Counted from the first letter of the stretch, positions 1 through 9,785 are shown. The stretch is 64,000 bases of DNA from an uncultured bacterium (GCA_905215205.1 CAJMPK010000001.1:16407-80406), one strand, 5' to 3'. The notes: a model not told the origin generated them from the sequence alone. Program-made: numbers and translations.

Positions 1-1402
1 GACCCGTCTTGTCGGTCGCCACCATGGGCTGTTGACTCAGGATACGATACGGCAAGTTGGCGGTATAGGTATCGAGCCGGAGCAGCGCCACGATTAAAAA
101 CACCGCCGCACCCAACAAAAAGCCAAAGCCGTAAAACTGCTGCGGTAAAAGCAACGACACGGCGGTCGCCAGCCCTGCCACACCGGCAAACAGGCCAGAG
201 GCCAGAACGGCTCCTTTGTAGTCGGTAAAGTACAGCAAGATGAGCATCACCGTATTGCCCACGGCATACAGGCCATAGCCCACGCACAGCGTGCGAAAAT
301 ACCCGTGCATAAGACTGTTAAAACCCAATGGCAGGGCCGAGAGCACCGTGGTCTCGAGCGAGATGACCGCCGCGGTCACAAACAGCTGCTTGAGCGCGCA
401 AAACCACAGCTCCCGGTTGAGCGTGGCGAGCATCTCCTCCTCGGCCACCACAATATCGCCCACCACGCCGCCGTCGTTAAACAGGCTGTAGTAGTCGCGG
501 TAGCGCGGATAGAAGTTGACCTCGACCGAGACCACAAAGTTGACAGTCGTGACCAGGATGGTCAAAAACGCGATGAGCGCCGGCACATCGTGGTAGGGCG
601 CGCCATAAAACAAGCCCTTGACCTGCACGCCAATGGGACCGGCCCAAATAATCACCAGGTGCGCAAAGAGCCCCAGGTTAGTAAACAGGCCCGTAAGCGC
701 GAGCGGCATAAACTGATCGAGCCACTGCAAAAAGAGCCAGGGGCTGCGGTCGCTCTGCGGAAAATACCGGTACAGCAGCACCACGTCCCAGGCCAGCATA
801 ACGCCGTAGCCCAGGGCGATTGACGCCAACAGGCCCTCGACCGGCGGCAGTCCCAGCGCCAGCGCAGCCAGGGCGCACAGGCACGCCACGCCAATGGCAG
901 CCGCAAAACTGCACAGAATGCCACGGTAATCCTTGATGGCCGTGAGGTAGCTCATGCCATTCCAGTTAACGATCATAATGTTGAATAGCCACAGGCACAG
1001 CAGCCCCTGTAGCAGCGTGGCGCCCGAGAACAGCAAAAAGGCGCCGTAGAGCACCGTGCCCGCAACGAGTATGATGGCGTTGGAGCCCCAAAACGAGGGC
1101 AAGACCTCTTCTTCGCGCTCGGCAAAGAGCATGTCGGCCAAAAAGCGCGTAACCGGCATGGAGAAAAAGCTTGTAAGCGCAAGAGAGGCCAGCAGCGTAT
1201 AGGTCACCATGCACACCAGCAAATCCTGGCTGGCACTGCCCACACCCCACAGACCGCACAGCACCAAGATACCCACCTGGAGCAACACGCCCAGCAGCAT
1301 GGGGCCCGTGCACACAATGCCGGCGTAGCCATAGGCGCGCATCGTGGCAAACAGACCCTTGCGCCTAAACAGGCGCTTGAGCTCAAAACCGATTCCGGCC
1401 AC
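1..1402 (-). CDS. pelG: Pel exopolysaccharide transporter PelG (3' end outside window)
   Basis: Not in the ORF track because it runs off the window. GTG at 1402 reads MAGIGFELKRLFRRKGLF..., the typical PelG N-terminus; hydrophobic; directly after pelF. Confidence 0.9.
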   Translation of the reverse strand, partial: MAGIGFELKRLFRRKGLFATMRAYGYAGIVCTGPMLLGVLLQVGILVLCGLWGVGSASQDLLVCMVTYTLLASLALTSFFSMPVTRFLADMLFAEREEEVLPSFWGSNAIILVAGTVLYGAFLLFSGATLLQGLLCLWLFNIMIVNWNGMSYLTAIKDYRGILCSFAAAIGVACLCALAALALGLPPVEGLLASIALGYGVMLAWDVVLLYRYFPQSDRSPWLFLQWLDQFMPLALTGLFTNLGLFAHLVIIWAGPIGVQVKGLFYGAPYHDVPALIAFLTILVTTVNFVVSVEVNFYPRYRDYYSLFNDGGVVGDIVVAEEEMLATLNRELWFCALKQLFVTAAVISLETTVLSALPLGFNSLMHGYFRTLCVGYGLYAVGNTVMLILLYFTDYKGAVLASGLFAGVAGLATAVSLLLPQQFYGFGFLLGAAVFLIVALLRLDTYTANLPYRILSQQPMVATDKTG

Positions 1403-1405
1403 CGG

Positions 1406-2833
1406 CTACTCCTCCTCTCTGGGCAGGTCAAACGCACGCGCCGTCTCGTCGTACAGCGCGCGATAGTTGGCGAGCATCTGCTCGTGCAAAAAGTACGTGG
1501 CAACGCGACGCTGGCCGCGCTCCCCCATCTCGATACGGCGGGCGCGGCTTGTGCACATGCGCTCCATGGCATCGGCCAGGCCCTTGCGATACATAGGCGG
1601 CGTCACAAGACCCGCCACGCCAAAGTCGTCGCCTGAGGCGCCTTCGAGCAGCTCGCGGCAGCAGCCCACCTCGGTCGTCACGCAGGGACGACGCGCAGCA
1701 AGCGACTCCAGCACGCTCAGCGGCTGGCCCTCGGAGATGCTCGTCAAAATGGTAAAGTCGAGCTTTTCCATGTACTCGACCACGTTGACGCGACCGGTAA
1801 AGATCAGATCGTGCACACCCAGGGTATCGACGAGCGCGTGGCACTCGGCACCGTACTCCTCGTCGTCCACGCCGCCCATAATGTGCAGGCGTACCTTGGG
1901 CAGGCGCTCGTGCAGCTCAAAGAAGGCATAGATCATGGTCTTGACATCCTTGATGGGCGCCAGGCGCACCACCGCGCCAATGTCCACCCAGCCGTCATCG
2001 GGCTTTAAGGGAATATCCTTAAAGCGGTCGAACTGGATGCCGTTGGGAATGACCAGGCATTTGTCAGCATCGCAGCCCATATCAATCTGCGTCTTGCGGG
2101 CGTTGTGAAACAGGCTCGTCACGCGAAAGGCGCGACGGTAGATCTCCTCCGAAAGCAGGTAGAAAAAGCGGATCCAGCGGTCCTTAAACGACGGCACCAC
2201 CCAGTCGGCGCGAATGATCTCTTCCTCGCGTTCGCGGGTATAGATACCGTGCTCGGTGAGCAGCACCGGCGCATGGGCAACGCTCGAGCCCAGGCAGGCG
2301 AGCAGGCCGCCGTAGCCGGTCGAGATGGCATGGTACACATCGGCCACCGGCACCTCGCTGCCCAGCAGGTAGAGCACGGGCAGCAGCATGGAGCGCATGG
2401 TGTGAAATGCGTCGGCAAAGGGCGTGTAGGGATACTCGGTCAGGCACACGTCACGGAAGATATCCATAAACGTGCGGCTCTGCAAAAACGAGAGCGGATG
2501 CACGCGACGGCGCTGGAAGATATCGAACAACACGTCCCAATCCGGATTAGAAAGCGACACCAGGCGGCGCAGCGCCTCGCGCTCGCAATCGTTAAAGTCG
2601 GCCTCTTCCTGCTCGCCCGAAAGGCGCAGTGCGTCGTCCAGGAACACCTCGTGCACCTCAACCACGTTGCCGGGCAGCTCGTAGACAAACTTGCCGCGGT
2701 CGGCAGCATGCGCGCCAATCACCCACAGCACAAACTCGTGCTCGGGCATGGCCGTAATGTAGCCGTGCATCCAGGTGGACACGCCGCCGTGCACATAGGG
2801 GTAGCAACCCTCGAGTACCAAGCAGATTCTCAT
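1406..2833 (-). CDS. pelF: GT4 glycosyltransferase PelF
   Basis: MRICLVLEGCYPYVHGGVSTW, LLTEHGIYTRER and SISEGQPLSVLE motifs. Start moved to ATG 2833, overlapping the upstream stop. Confidence 0.92.
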   Translation of the reverse strand: MRICLVLEGCYPYVHGGVSTWMHGYITAMPEHEFVLWVIGAHAADRGKFVYELPGNVVEVHEVFLDDALRLSGEQEEADFNDCEREALRRLVSLSNPDWDVLFDIFQRRRVHPLSFLQSRTFMDIFRDVCLTEYPYTPFADAFHTMRSMLLPVLYLLGSEVPVADVYHAISTGYGGLLACLGSSVAHAPVLLTEHGIYTREREEEIIRADWVVPSFKDRWIRFFYLLSEEIYRRAFRVTSLFHNARKTQIDMGCDADKCLVIPNGIQFDRFKDIPLKPDDGWVDIGAVVRLAPIKDVKTMIYAFFELHERLPKVRLHIMGGVDDEEYGAECHALVDTLGVHDLIFTGRVNVVEYMEKLDFTILTSISEGQPLSVLESLAARRPCVTTEVGCCRELLEGASGDDFGVAGLVTPPMYRKGLADAMERMCTSRARRIEMGERGQRRVATYFLHEQMLANYRALYDETARAFDLPREEE

Positions 2834-4710
2834 TTGTCGCCACCCTCCTTGCGCGCAATGGTCACTGTCTTGTCCGTGCCTTTGACCAGGTACAGGTCGC
2901 CCGTCAGATGCGTAATCTCGCCACCCGTGACTGCTCCCGGCTCGCCGTTGTTGGCACGGAACATGAGCCACGCCTCGTCGTGGAAATTGCCCAGGCTAAG
3001 CTTCCAGGCATCCGCGCTGGTATCCACGCTCACCGTCACGGACGAAAAGCGCTGGATGGCACCCGAGCATTCCGAGCCGGTCTGGCAACGCAGATCGGGC
3101 GCAGACTTGGTAAGCCAGTCCAGGTAGTCGGTCAGGCCGCCCTTGTAGACCTCCCAGCCCTCCGTAGCGCCGCGATCGGGATCGAGCAGGTCGTCCGGGT
3201 GCATAAAGTGTGTGCTCACATAGTGCATGTTGAGCTCGGACACGGCAGCCAGGCGCATATAGGAATCGTTGACCATGCCGCCCGAGACAATACGCGGCTG
3301 CTCCACGATGCCATCGCTCGCCACGCCAAACTCCTGAACGTACGGCAGGTCGGTGCCATCCTCAAAATACGTACTGGCGATGGTCTTAATGCGAGGAACG
3401 TCGGTGCCGATAAGCTTGCGCGCGCGGTCCGAAAGGATATTTGACGGAGGCACGTAGACCGAGCCGTGCGCGTTGGGCAGTACCTCGTCCTGAAAGGCGA
3501 TGAGCTCGTTGAGAGACGCGACGAGCGTCTCCTTGTTCTTCCACGTCTTGTAGTCGTACAGCGTGCCGTAGTCGGTATCCCAGAGCGCCAGCGGCTGATG
3601 GTTGTAGCCATGAAAGCCCAGCTCTCCACCCATCTGCAGCAGCATGCCGCCAAAGTAGCGGAACTGCGTGGTATCGGCTTGACGAGCAGGCTCAGTCTGG
3701 TTGACCGCGTCCTCGTAGTTTTCGATCATCACGCCGGTATAGCGAATGCCGTACTTTTGCGCGAGCTTTTGCAGATCGGGCCACCAGACCTTGGCATAAA
3801 AGTCGGCGATGGAAAGCCCGTAGTCGCGCTTGATGTAGGTGCCGTCGCCCGAGGGCACGAGGCTGGGAAAGTCGTCCAGATAGAAGACGGCGCTGTTGAT
3901 GACCGGGTAGGCCGTGGCATCGCCGAGCAGGCTGATCGCCGCGGCGTAAAAACCGCGCATGACCTTGTCGTAGACACCAATATTGCACACCACGGTTCGC
4001 CCGCTACCGCAGTCATTGGACCAAATGAGCGGGGCGCCCGCATCGCCGGTCTTAGCCCACTCACGCGCCGTCTCGCGCAGCGAAACCGAAAGCGACGAAT
4101 CAAAGGGGTCCGAGAGCTCGTAGCGCTCTCCCCCGCCCAGCATAAAGTTCTCGCTCGGCACAATGCTTTCGGCTTTTACATAGTCATATCCGGCCGATTC
4201 AATGCCAAGCTTGGGAGCGATCACTTGCAGATAGCTCGAGTTATCCGGCGACATGGCGAGCATAAGCGAACCACCGGCACTCACCCAACTCATAATGTCG
4301 GTCAGGTGCGCACCGAGGCCATCGAGCGACGGCATGAGCAAAATCACGCGATCGAAGGACGTCAGCGAGGGAATGGCATCCGCGCCGTCCAGGGCAAGGT
4401 CCACGTCGCGGTGCGCGATCTTCATGTCGAGCAGGATCTGGTCGAACTGCTCCTTTACATCCTCGACGCCCGCTTGGTCGGTATCGGTAATGACCAGGCA
4501 CGTGGGCTTTTGGCCAAATATCGCCGAGGAGGCCGGTACCGCATCGTTGGCGGCAAGCATCCCCAGCTTATGCTGGCCCGCACCGTACTGCACGCCGGCG
4601 CGCTCCACCAGCAGCACGGCGGCCATGGCAATAAAGACCGCCCACACCACGAGCAGTCCCATCCAGCGAAAATGGCCCGCACGGTCGCGGATATGCTGCA
4701 CCACGCTCAT
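2830..4710 (-). CDS. DUF2194 membrane-anchored polysaccharide deacetylase-like protein (PelA-DA position)
   Basis: N-terminal TM; FYLDDFPS, GFHGYNHQPL, YVPPSNIL and HFMHPDD motifs; lies between pelE and pelF. Confidence 0.8.
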   Translation of the reverse strand: MSVVQHIRDRAGHFRWMGLLVVWAVFIAMAAVLLVERAGVQYGAGQHKLGMLAANDAVPASSAIFGQKPTCLVITDTDQAGVEDVKEQFDQILLDMKIAHRDVDLALDGADAIPSLTSFDRVILLMPSLDGLGAHLTDIMSWVSAGGSLMLAMSPDNSSYLQVIAPKLGIESAGYDYVKAESIVPSENFMLGGGERYELSDPFDSSLSVSLRETAREWAKTGDAGAPLIWSNDCGSGRTVVCNIGVYDKVMRGFYAAAISLLGDATAYPVINSAVFYLDDFPSLVPSGDGTYIKRDYGLSIADFYAKVWWPDLQKLAQKYGIRYTGVMIENYEDAVNQTEPARQADTTQFRYFGGMLLQMGGELGFHGYNHQPLALWDTDYGTLYDYKTWKNKETLVASLNELIAFQDEVLPNAHGSVYVPPSNILSDRARKLIGTDVPRIKTIASTYFEDGTDLPYVQEFGVASDGIVEQPRIVSGGMVNDSYMRLAAVSELNMHYVSTHFMHPDDLLDPDRGATEGWEVYKGGLTDYLDWLTKSAPDLRCQTGSECSGAIQRFSSVTVSVDTSADAWKLSLGNFHDEAWLMFRANNGEPGAVTGGEITHLTGDLYLVKGTDKTVTIARKEGGDK

Positions 4711-5609
4711 CGGGCCTCCTCTCCGTTGCGCCAAAACGCCAGCTCCTCGCGGTTGGCGGCGCTCAAGTACACATGCTGCTTGTCGATCGCATCGATCACA
4801 CGGTGGACCTCGTCACCGTCGCGCCGCATAACCGCCAGGCGCAGGCAAAGCATCCAAACCTCCTGCTCCTCGGGCACGTCGAGCACCAGCTGGTCGGTCA
4901 CGGCCTGTGCCTCATCGATCTGGTCGACATCGGCCAGTGCCGCGGCATACCGAATACGCAGCTCAACGGAGTCCTCGCGCTCGCAGCGGCGCGCAAGCAG
5001 GCGCGCGTACTGTTGACGCTGAATCTGAGCCACGCGTCCCTCGGCCAAGCCCGAGTCCAAGTATTCACCAAGAAAATCGCAATATTTATTGAGGTTATGC
5101 GCGCTCGGGTCGGTCTTAAAGGCGTGCTCCAGCTGCTGCAGTCTAAGGTCGGACTCCTTGGAGATCTGCGCCACCGCCGTCGCGGCATAGTGCGCCACCT
5201 CAACGTCGTCGTTCAGCTTAGCCACCTGCAGCTGCGCCAGGTACGCATCGGGCTCCTCGGTAAGCATGGAGAGCATTAGGCGGCGCCGGTCTGCCGGGTC
5301 GTTGACGATGAGCGCCTCTTCGAGTGGGATCACGCCTGCATCGGCTTCACGGTCGTGCACCAAGATGCTGCGATGCAGCTCGTCATTAATGCGCAACGAC
5401 TCCAACGTGGCGTCCTTGAGGCCCACACCAAACACGGCGCTGCGCGCGACAAGCACCACCAGCAGCGGTCCCCACAACGGCACGAGTACCATCACGACCA
5501 GCATATGCCCGCGCACCGGCAGCAGGCCCAACTTCATAAGCGTCCACAATACTAGGCAAACCAGCACATGAATCAGCAGCAAGACGGCAGCAACGAGAAG
5601 CGAGATCAA
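4707..5609 (-). CDS. pelE: PelE-like protein (two N-terminal TM helices plus helical/TPR-like region)
   Basis: Two hydrophobic helices, IPLEEAL and DVEVAHYAATAV segments; operon position. Confidence 0.7.
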   Translation of the reverse strand: MISLLVAAVLLLIHVLVCLVLWTLMKLGLLPVRGHMLVVMVLVPLWGPLLVVLVARSAVFGVGLKDATLESLRINDELHRSILVHDREADAGVIPLEEALIVNDPADRRRLMLSMLTEEPDAYLAQLQVAKLNDDVEVAHYAATAVAQISKESDLRLQQLEHAFKTDPSAHNLNKYCDFLGEYLDSGLAEGRVAQIQRQQYARLLARRCEREDSVELRIRYAAALADVDQIDEAQAVTDQLVLDVPEEQEVWMLCLRLAVMRRDGDEVHRVIDAIDKQHVYLSAANREELAFWRNGEEAR

Positions 5610-7753
5610 GCGACATCCCCCTCGCCGTTACCGGTGTCGGCAATGTGCTGCAGCAGCGCCACAATGTCCTCGCCGTCGACGAGCTCCACCGCAATCTGCT
5701 TCGCGCTCAGGCGCTCGCGGATAATGGGCAGGTCGCACGCCTTTGCCTGGCGCATGAGCAGGTAGAGCACGTCACCATCGACCAGGCCCGCCGCATCGCT
5801 CTCGCGGATTGCCGACCCAATTGCGCCCACCAGCTCGCCGACAGGCTCCATGCCCGGCACCACACGCAAGAGCAAAAAGCTGCCCATCTTGCCATCTGAC
5901 AGCGCCTGCTCGGCCGCGAGCTCTTGGCCAAAGGCCGCCTGCTTGAGCACGCACGTGCCATCGACGCAGCGTTTATCCTGCGCCACCGCCTCATAGTCGA
6001 AGGCACGCCCCAGCGCGCTTTCGACCAGGCCGCATAGGATACGGAACAGGTTTTGGTAATAGAGCGTCATTTGGTTCTGGGCCGCGCGGCGCACAAAGAT
6101 CAGCACGGCGGGTGCCCCGTCACGCTCGATCGTGTATCCAAACATGGGAAGCCCCGACGTCAGCTCGCGATTCACCCACAGGCTCGAACGACCCTCGCCG
6201 CCCAAAAGGGGCACAAGCTGATCAAGCGAGAGCGAGCGCTTGGCGTCTTCGGCAATCACGGGACTCGCCGCCACCAGGCGTGCAAACGCCCCGCCCGAAA
6301 CATGGTAGATCGTCACCGAATCGTTTTCGAGAATCTCGCCTATGAGCTCGCAACACTTGCGGTAGATGTCACGCGGGCTGAGCACGTCGAGCTCCTGCGT
6401 CACGGCAAAGATCTTACCAAAGCTATCGTGGCGCCCAACAATTTGGCGCTTGTATGTGCGTTTGTCCTCGATGGCATCGTGGTAGAGCTGTGTGAGGAAC
6501 GTATTGCGATTGCGCACGAGCTCGTTTTGGTCGCGCTCGACCTTAATGGCCTCGCTGTTGCGCAGCTGCACATAGCCGCACACGGCGCCCACCACAAAGT
6601 ACGCGATAAACGGCAGCCAGTTGGACGGCTCGTAGAACAGGCCCTGGAAGGTATAGCCATACTGGGTAAAGTAGCTCACGGCCAAACCCACCGATGCCAA
6701 CAGCGCCGCAACCAGGCCAAAGTCCAGGCCATACAGCGTGCCGATGAGCACGACATAGAGCAGGCGATAATCGAGCACGTTGAGCTGGGCCGATTGGGAG
6801 AACAGATGCTCCAGTACCTCGAACAGGACCCAGGCGACGCCCGTCTCCAGGCATTTGATAAGCAGCGTACGCATCTGGATGCGATCGATGGCGGCGCGCA
6901 AGGGGTTGACCTTCTTTGCGCGGCCAGCATCCCAGCGAGCCTGAATGGTCGAGAGATCGCGCAGCAGGTCGTAGCGCTGAAACCAGCCATAGCGCACGCG
7001 AACGACGTCGCTGGCGGGCAGGGCGTAGCCGGCAGAATCGCCATAGGCAACCGAGAGTTCTGGGAACAGCGCCTTGAGGGCCTCGCCCACTTCACCCGAT
7101 GTGTGATGGAAAGTATCGGCAACATCGAGCGTCTCAAAGGAGGCGTCCCAGCTATCAAAGATGCGGCGCACCAGCACCGCGAGCTCCTCGGCACACAGCA
7201 GAGGAAACGCCGCATCCTCCGCGCCCTGCAGAGCGACCGATCCGGTTGAGCATGCGTCGAACAACGGCGCCAAAAACGGATCTTCCAGTGCGGCAGAGGC
7301 AGTGTACAGGAAAGGCGCGCGCAGAATCTTTACCTGAACGTCTTCGCGCGCAGCGTAATGGCGGCACAGGTCGTTAGCCACTCGGGCGATAATGCCCTTT
7401 CCCGTTTGCTCTGCGGCATCGGCGGCGCCCTCGGCGCTCGCGGGCCCCGCTACATACAGCAGCTGGACCCGGCGACCCATGCACACACGAAAGACCGAGC
7501 GCAGCAGCTCGATATCGCCCATGGTATCGGTATGCGGGGTGAGGTAGTTAGACAGATAGACCACGCGGTCGAACTCATAGGCCTGGTCCAGGTGTTGCAG
7601 TAGCTCTTTCCATGAGGCATGGGGCGATGACTCGTCGCGATGCGCATCCGCGGCGGCTACGACCTTAACGTGGTCCCCGGGGAACGCCTTGGCACAAAAG
7701 TCATCGTCAACATATGCGGTGTTGCCAACAACCAGCACTTCCACGGCGCGCAC
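5606..7753 (-). CDS. pelD: PelD-like protein: SDR/epimerase-like N-domain, TM bundle, GAF-like region, degenerate GGDEF
   Basis: Rossmann-like start (VLVVGNTAY), central TM helices, C-terminal IRESD (RxxD) with no GGDEF; first gene of the operon. True start may be GTG 7744. Confidence 0.7.
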   Translation of the reverse strand: MRAVEVLVVGNTAYVDDDFCAKAFPGDHVKVVAAADAHRDESSPHASWKELLQHLDQAYEFDRVVYLSNYLTPHTDTMGDIELLRSVFRVCMGRRVQLLYVAGPASAEGAADAAEQTGKGIIARVANDLCRHYAAREDVQVKILRAPFLYTASAALEDPFLAPLFDACSTGSVALQGAEDAAFPLLCAEELAVLVRRIFDSWDASFETLDVADTFHHTSGEVGEALKALFPELSVAYGDSAGYALPASDVVRVRYGWFQRYDLLRDLSTIQARWDAGRAKKVNPLRAAIDRIQMRTLLIKCLETGVAWVLFEVLEHLFSQSAQLNVLDYRLLYVVLIGTLYGLDFGLVAALLASVGLAVSYFTQYGYTFQGLFYEPSNWLPFIAYFVVGAVCGYVQLRNSEAIKVERDQNELVRNRNTFLTQLYHDAIEDKRTYKRQIVGRHDSFGKIFAVTQELDVLSPRDIYRKCCELIGEILENDSVTIYHVSGGAFARLVAASPVIAEDAKRSLSLDQLVPLLGGEGRSSLWVNRELTSGLPMFGYTIERDGAPAVLIFVRRAAQNQMTLYYQNLFRILCGLVESALGRAFDYEAVAQDKRCVDGTCVLKQAAFGQELAAEQALSDGKMGSFLLLRVVPGMEPVGELVGAIGSAIRESDAAGLVDGDVLYLLMRQAKACDLPIIRERLSAKQIAVELVDGEDIVALLQHIADTGNGEGDVA

Positions 7754-7901
7754 CTCCCCTTAATTCCACATTTGTCATAGTCAAACGTTCGTATTGTACG
7801 CTGTCAATGTAGGTCGAAGGCAACTATTAAAACTGTATTAAGAACATCTTCAGAGGATGTGGGAGTGGCAACTCATTCGACTTAGATTCATCGAGGAAAT
7901 G

Positions 7902-8336
7902 CTATTCGCCCTGAAAAGGCACATCGCAATCTGCTGACAGCTCCGCAGGGAGAATGGCAGGCAATGTAAGCGCTCCCATGGGTGAAAGTCCAGTAACAAC
8001 CATCAGATAGCTCTTCGCATGGGCATACGCCATCGAAATGGCATTTGAAAGAAGATAGTGACGTGCTTCGTCATCGGGAGAGTTCGTTGGTATTTGCGCC
8101 GAAACCGAGATGGATACCGTAACGCCAGCGCGCATCTTCTCCTGCGCATCACCATCCCTGTCAACGAGACTGCCAGATACGCACATCTTTAAACTTGCGT
8201 GCGCGCCGCTATCTTTTTTCCAAAGGTGAACATCCTGATAGCTGACGTCAACTTTTAAATCCATATTATCCGAGGGCGAATCTTCGATATGAAAATCGGA
8301 GTCAACGACGAACAAATTCAATCTGAATTGGAGCAA
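7902..8336 (-). CDS. SecB-like chaperone of a TAC module
   Basis: 144 aa; beta-rich N-half, then NAISMAYAHAKSYLMVVTGLSPMGALTLPAI, resembling the SecB-family C-terminal helix and LP motif; third gene after a TA pair. Confidence 0.65.
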   Translation of the reverse strand: MLQFRLNLFVVDSDFHIEDSPSDNMDLKVDVSYQDVHLWKKDSGAHASLKMCVSGSLVDRDGDAQEKMRAGVTVSISVSAQIPTNSPDDEARHYLLSNAISMAYAHAKSYLMVVTGLSPMGALTLPAILPAELSADCDVPFQGE

Positions 8337-8348
8337 TAAAATCCCTAC

Positions 8349-8762
8349 TCATGCTGCCAAACCTCCGGAAATCATCTCGAGATTCGCATGCGAGGACGGA
8401 CGCTCGCTCCTGAATGACCATTGCTCTCGCACAGAATCGTTGGATGAAAGAAACGGTAGCTCTTTAGAATAGCTAACGGTAACCTTAGGAACGATATTGA
8501 TACCCAAGGCGAGCTCGAACCTAGCGATCGTCTTCAACGTCATATTGGGCTGAGAATTCAACAGCTTCGAAAGCGACTGAAGGCTCACGCCCATACGCTT
8601 TGCCAAATCGCTTTTGCTTAAACCCAAATGCTTCATCTCGCGATGAACAATAAACTCGATATCTAGCGCGTGTTCATAAGCGCGTGTTTCGCTAGTTTCT
8701 GTCTCGGCGTAAAAATCAGATAAATCTACTTTATTCATTGTGTTCTCCGTTTCGAAAGCCAA
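8349..8762 (-). CDS. XRE/HigA-like HTH antitoxin with C-terminal extension
   Basis: GLSKSDLAKRMGVSLQSLSKLLNSQPNMTLKTIARFELAL HTH, then a tail of about 45 aa ending in LAA. Confidence 0.8.
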   Translation of the reverse strand: MAFETENTMNKVDLSDFYAETETSETRAYEHALDIEFIVHREMKHLGLSKSDLAKRMGVSLQSLSKLLNSQPNMTLKTIARFELALGINIVPKVTVSYSKELPFLSSNDSVREQWSFRSERPSSHANLEMISGGLAA

Positions 8763-8771
8763 GTATAAAGG

Positions 8772-9185
8772 TCAACGCTCAGATTCCAGAAGCTGACGCG
8801 CTATTACGGCTAATCGCTTGGCCCGCTCGATTTCTTTACTGATATTTCCTGATCCCTGATGTCCTTTAAACCAAAACAATAGGACAATTTTGCCTACGCC
8901 CTGACATATGGCATAAATCATCTCTCGATTTGCCCCGTCAAACCCTTTTAGTTCATAGAGACCAATCTTAGAATCGATACGTCGCAGCTTTGAGGTCCCG
9001 CTCGCAACCTTTAAACCGTAATCGTAGATTTTTGAAATCTGGTCGATCATTTTACGAGCGACAAATTTCCGTTTAGGGTCTGACATCATCTTCTGAAATT
9101 GGGAGTTGTCAGGAGAAGTCGTCAACTCCCAAAACGGTCGGCCCTTGGGATCTCTGTATTCGACAAGTTCATATCCTTCTGCCAA
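8772..9185 (-). CDS. RelE/ParE (HigB-like) toxin
   Basis: KLRRIDSKIGLYELKG, REMIY, IVLLFWFKG and KEIERAKRL match the RelE/HigB-like pattern; GGAGG RBS before TTG; toxin-first order. Confidence 0.7.
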   Translation of the reverse strand: MAEGYELVEYRDPKGRPFWELTTSPDNSQFQKMMSDPKRKFVARKMIDQISKIYDYGLKVASGTSKLRRIDSKIGLYELKGFDGANREMIYAICQGVGKIVLLFWFKGHQGSGNISKEIERAKRLAVIARQLLESER

Positions 9186-9201
9186 GGGCCACCTCCATTT
9201 C

Positions 9202-9235
9202 TAGATACACTTAACTTATAAGTTAAGTGTATCTA
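9202..9235. promoter_or_regulatory. Perfect 34-bp palindrome, probable antitoxin operator
   Basis: TAGATACACTTAACTTA|TAAGTTAAGTGTATCTA immediately upstream of the toxin RBS. Confidence 0.75.
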
Positions 9236-9315
9236 TTTAAATACAAATAACAAGGTATAAGCTAGATTCCGCAGCCCCAAATCGATAAACAATCCAACCA
9301 AGTTGGTGCTCAATC

Positions 9316-9620
9316 CGGAAGTATGCGGAAAATTCCCGGAATACAGAGCGCACCGGAATGACGAAACGCTTCTACCTGCGATTCCTTTATGCGGAAAACC
9401 GTTGTGCTCGAGGGTTCCGAAATTTGCCGCATGCTTCCGTCGGACGCTTCCGGAAGTGCGATGAAAAACCGAAATCGGCAGACCAAGCCCCGGTTTTGAG
9501 CTCCGGCGACCTGCGGTTTTGTTGGCAAAAATCGGGTTGTGCTCGGAGGTTTCCGGTTTCCCCGCACTTCCGAAAAACACGCTTAAACTGCGCGTCCCGA
9601 AGCGGAAAACCGCCGGATAT
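9316..9620. repeat. Degenerate tandem palindromic units of about 135 bp
   Basis: Units start CGGAAGT (about 9316 and 9451) and share ACCTGCG, GTTGTGCTCG and a terminal CTTCCG. Confidence 0.5.
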
Positions 9621-9673
9621 TTGTTTCCCCAAATGGGGTCCTTGTTTTGCCAAGCCGAATAGTACGTCTAAAT

Positions 9674-9703
9674 AAAAAAAGAGGACCGACGCATCAACCC
9701 TCT
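9674..9703 (-). terminator. Intrinsic terminator
   Basis: Minus strand GAGGGTTGA-TGCG-TCGGTCCTC followed by T7. Confidence 0.7.
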
Positions 9704-9785
9704 TCGGGTGTCGCCCGAAGGCTTCCACCGCAATTAAGTGTTTCTAGTCGATAACCTTTGCTTGTAAAAGGCGAAGATGATTCAC

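Noticed and set aside
9233..9728. Several overlapping 85-115 aa ORFs
   Set aside because: They lie over a repeat region and a terminator, with no RBS or domain signal.
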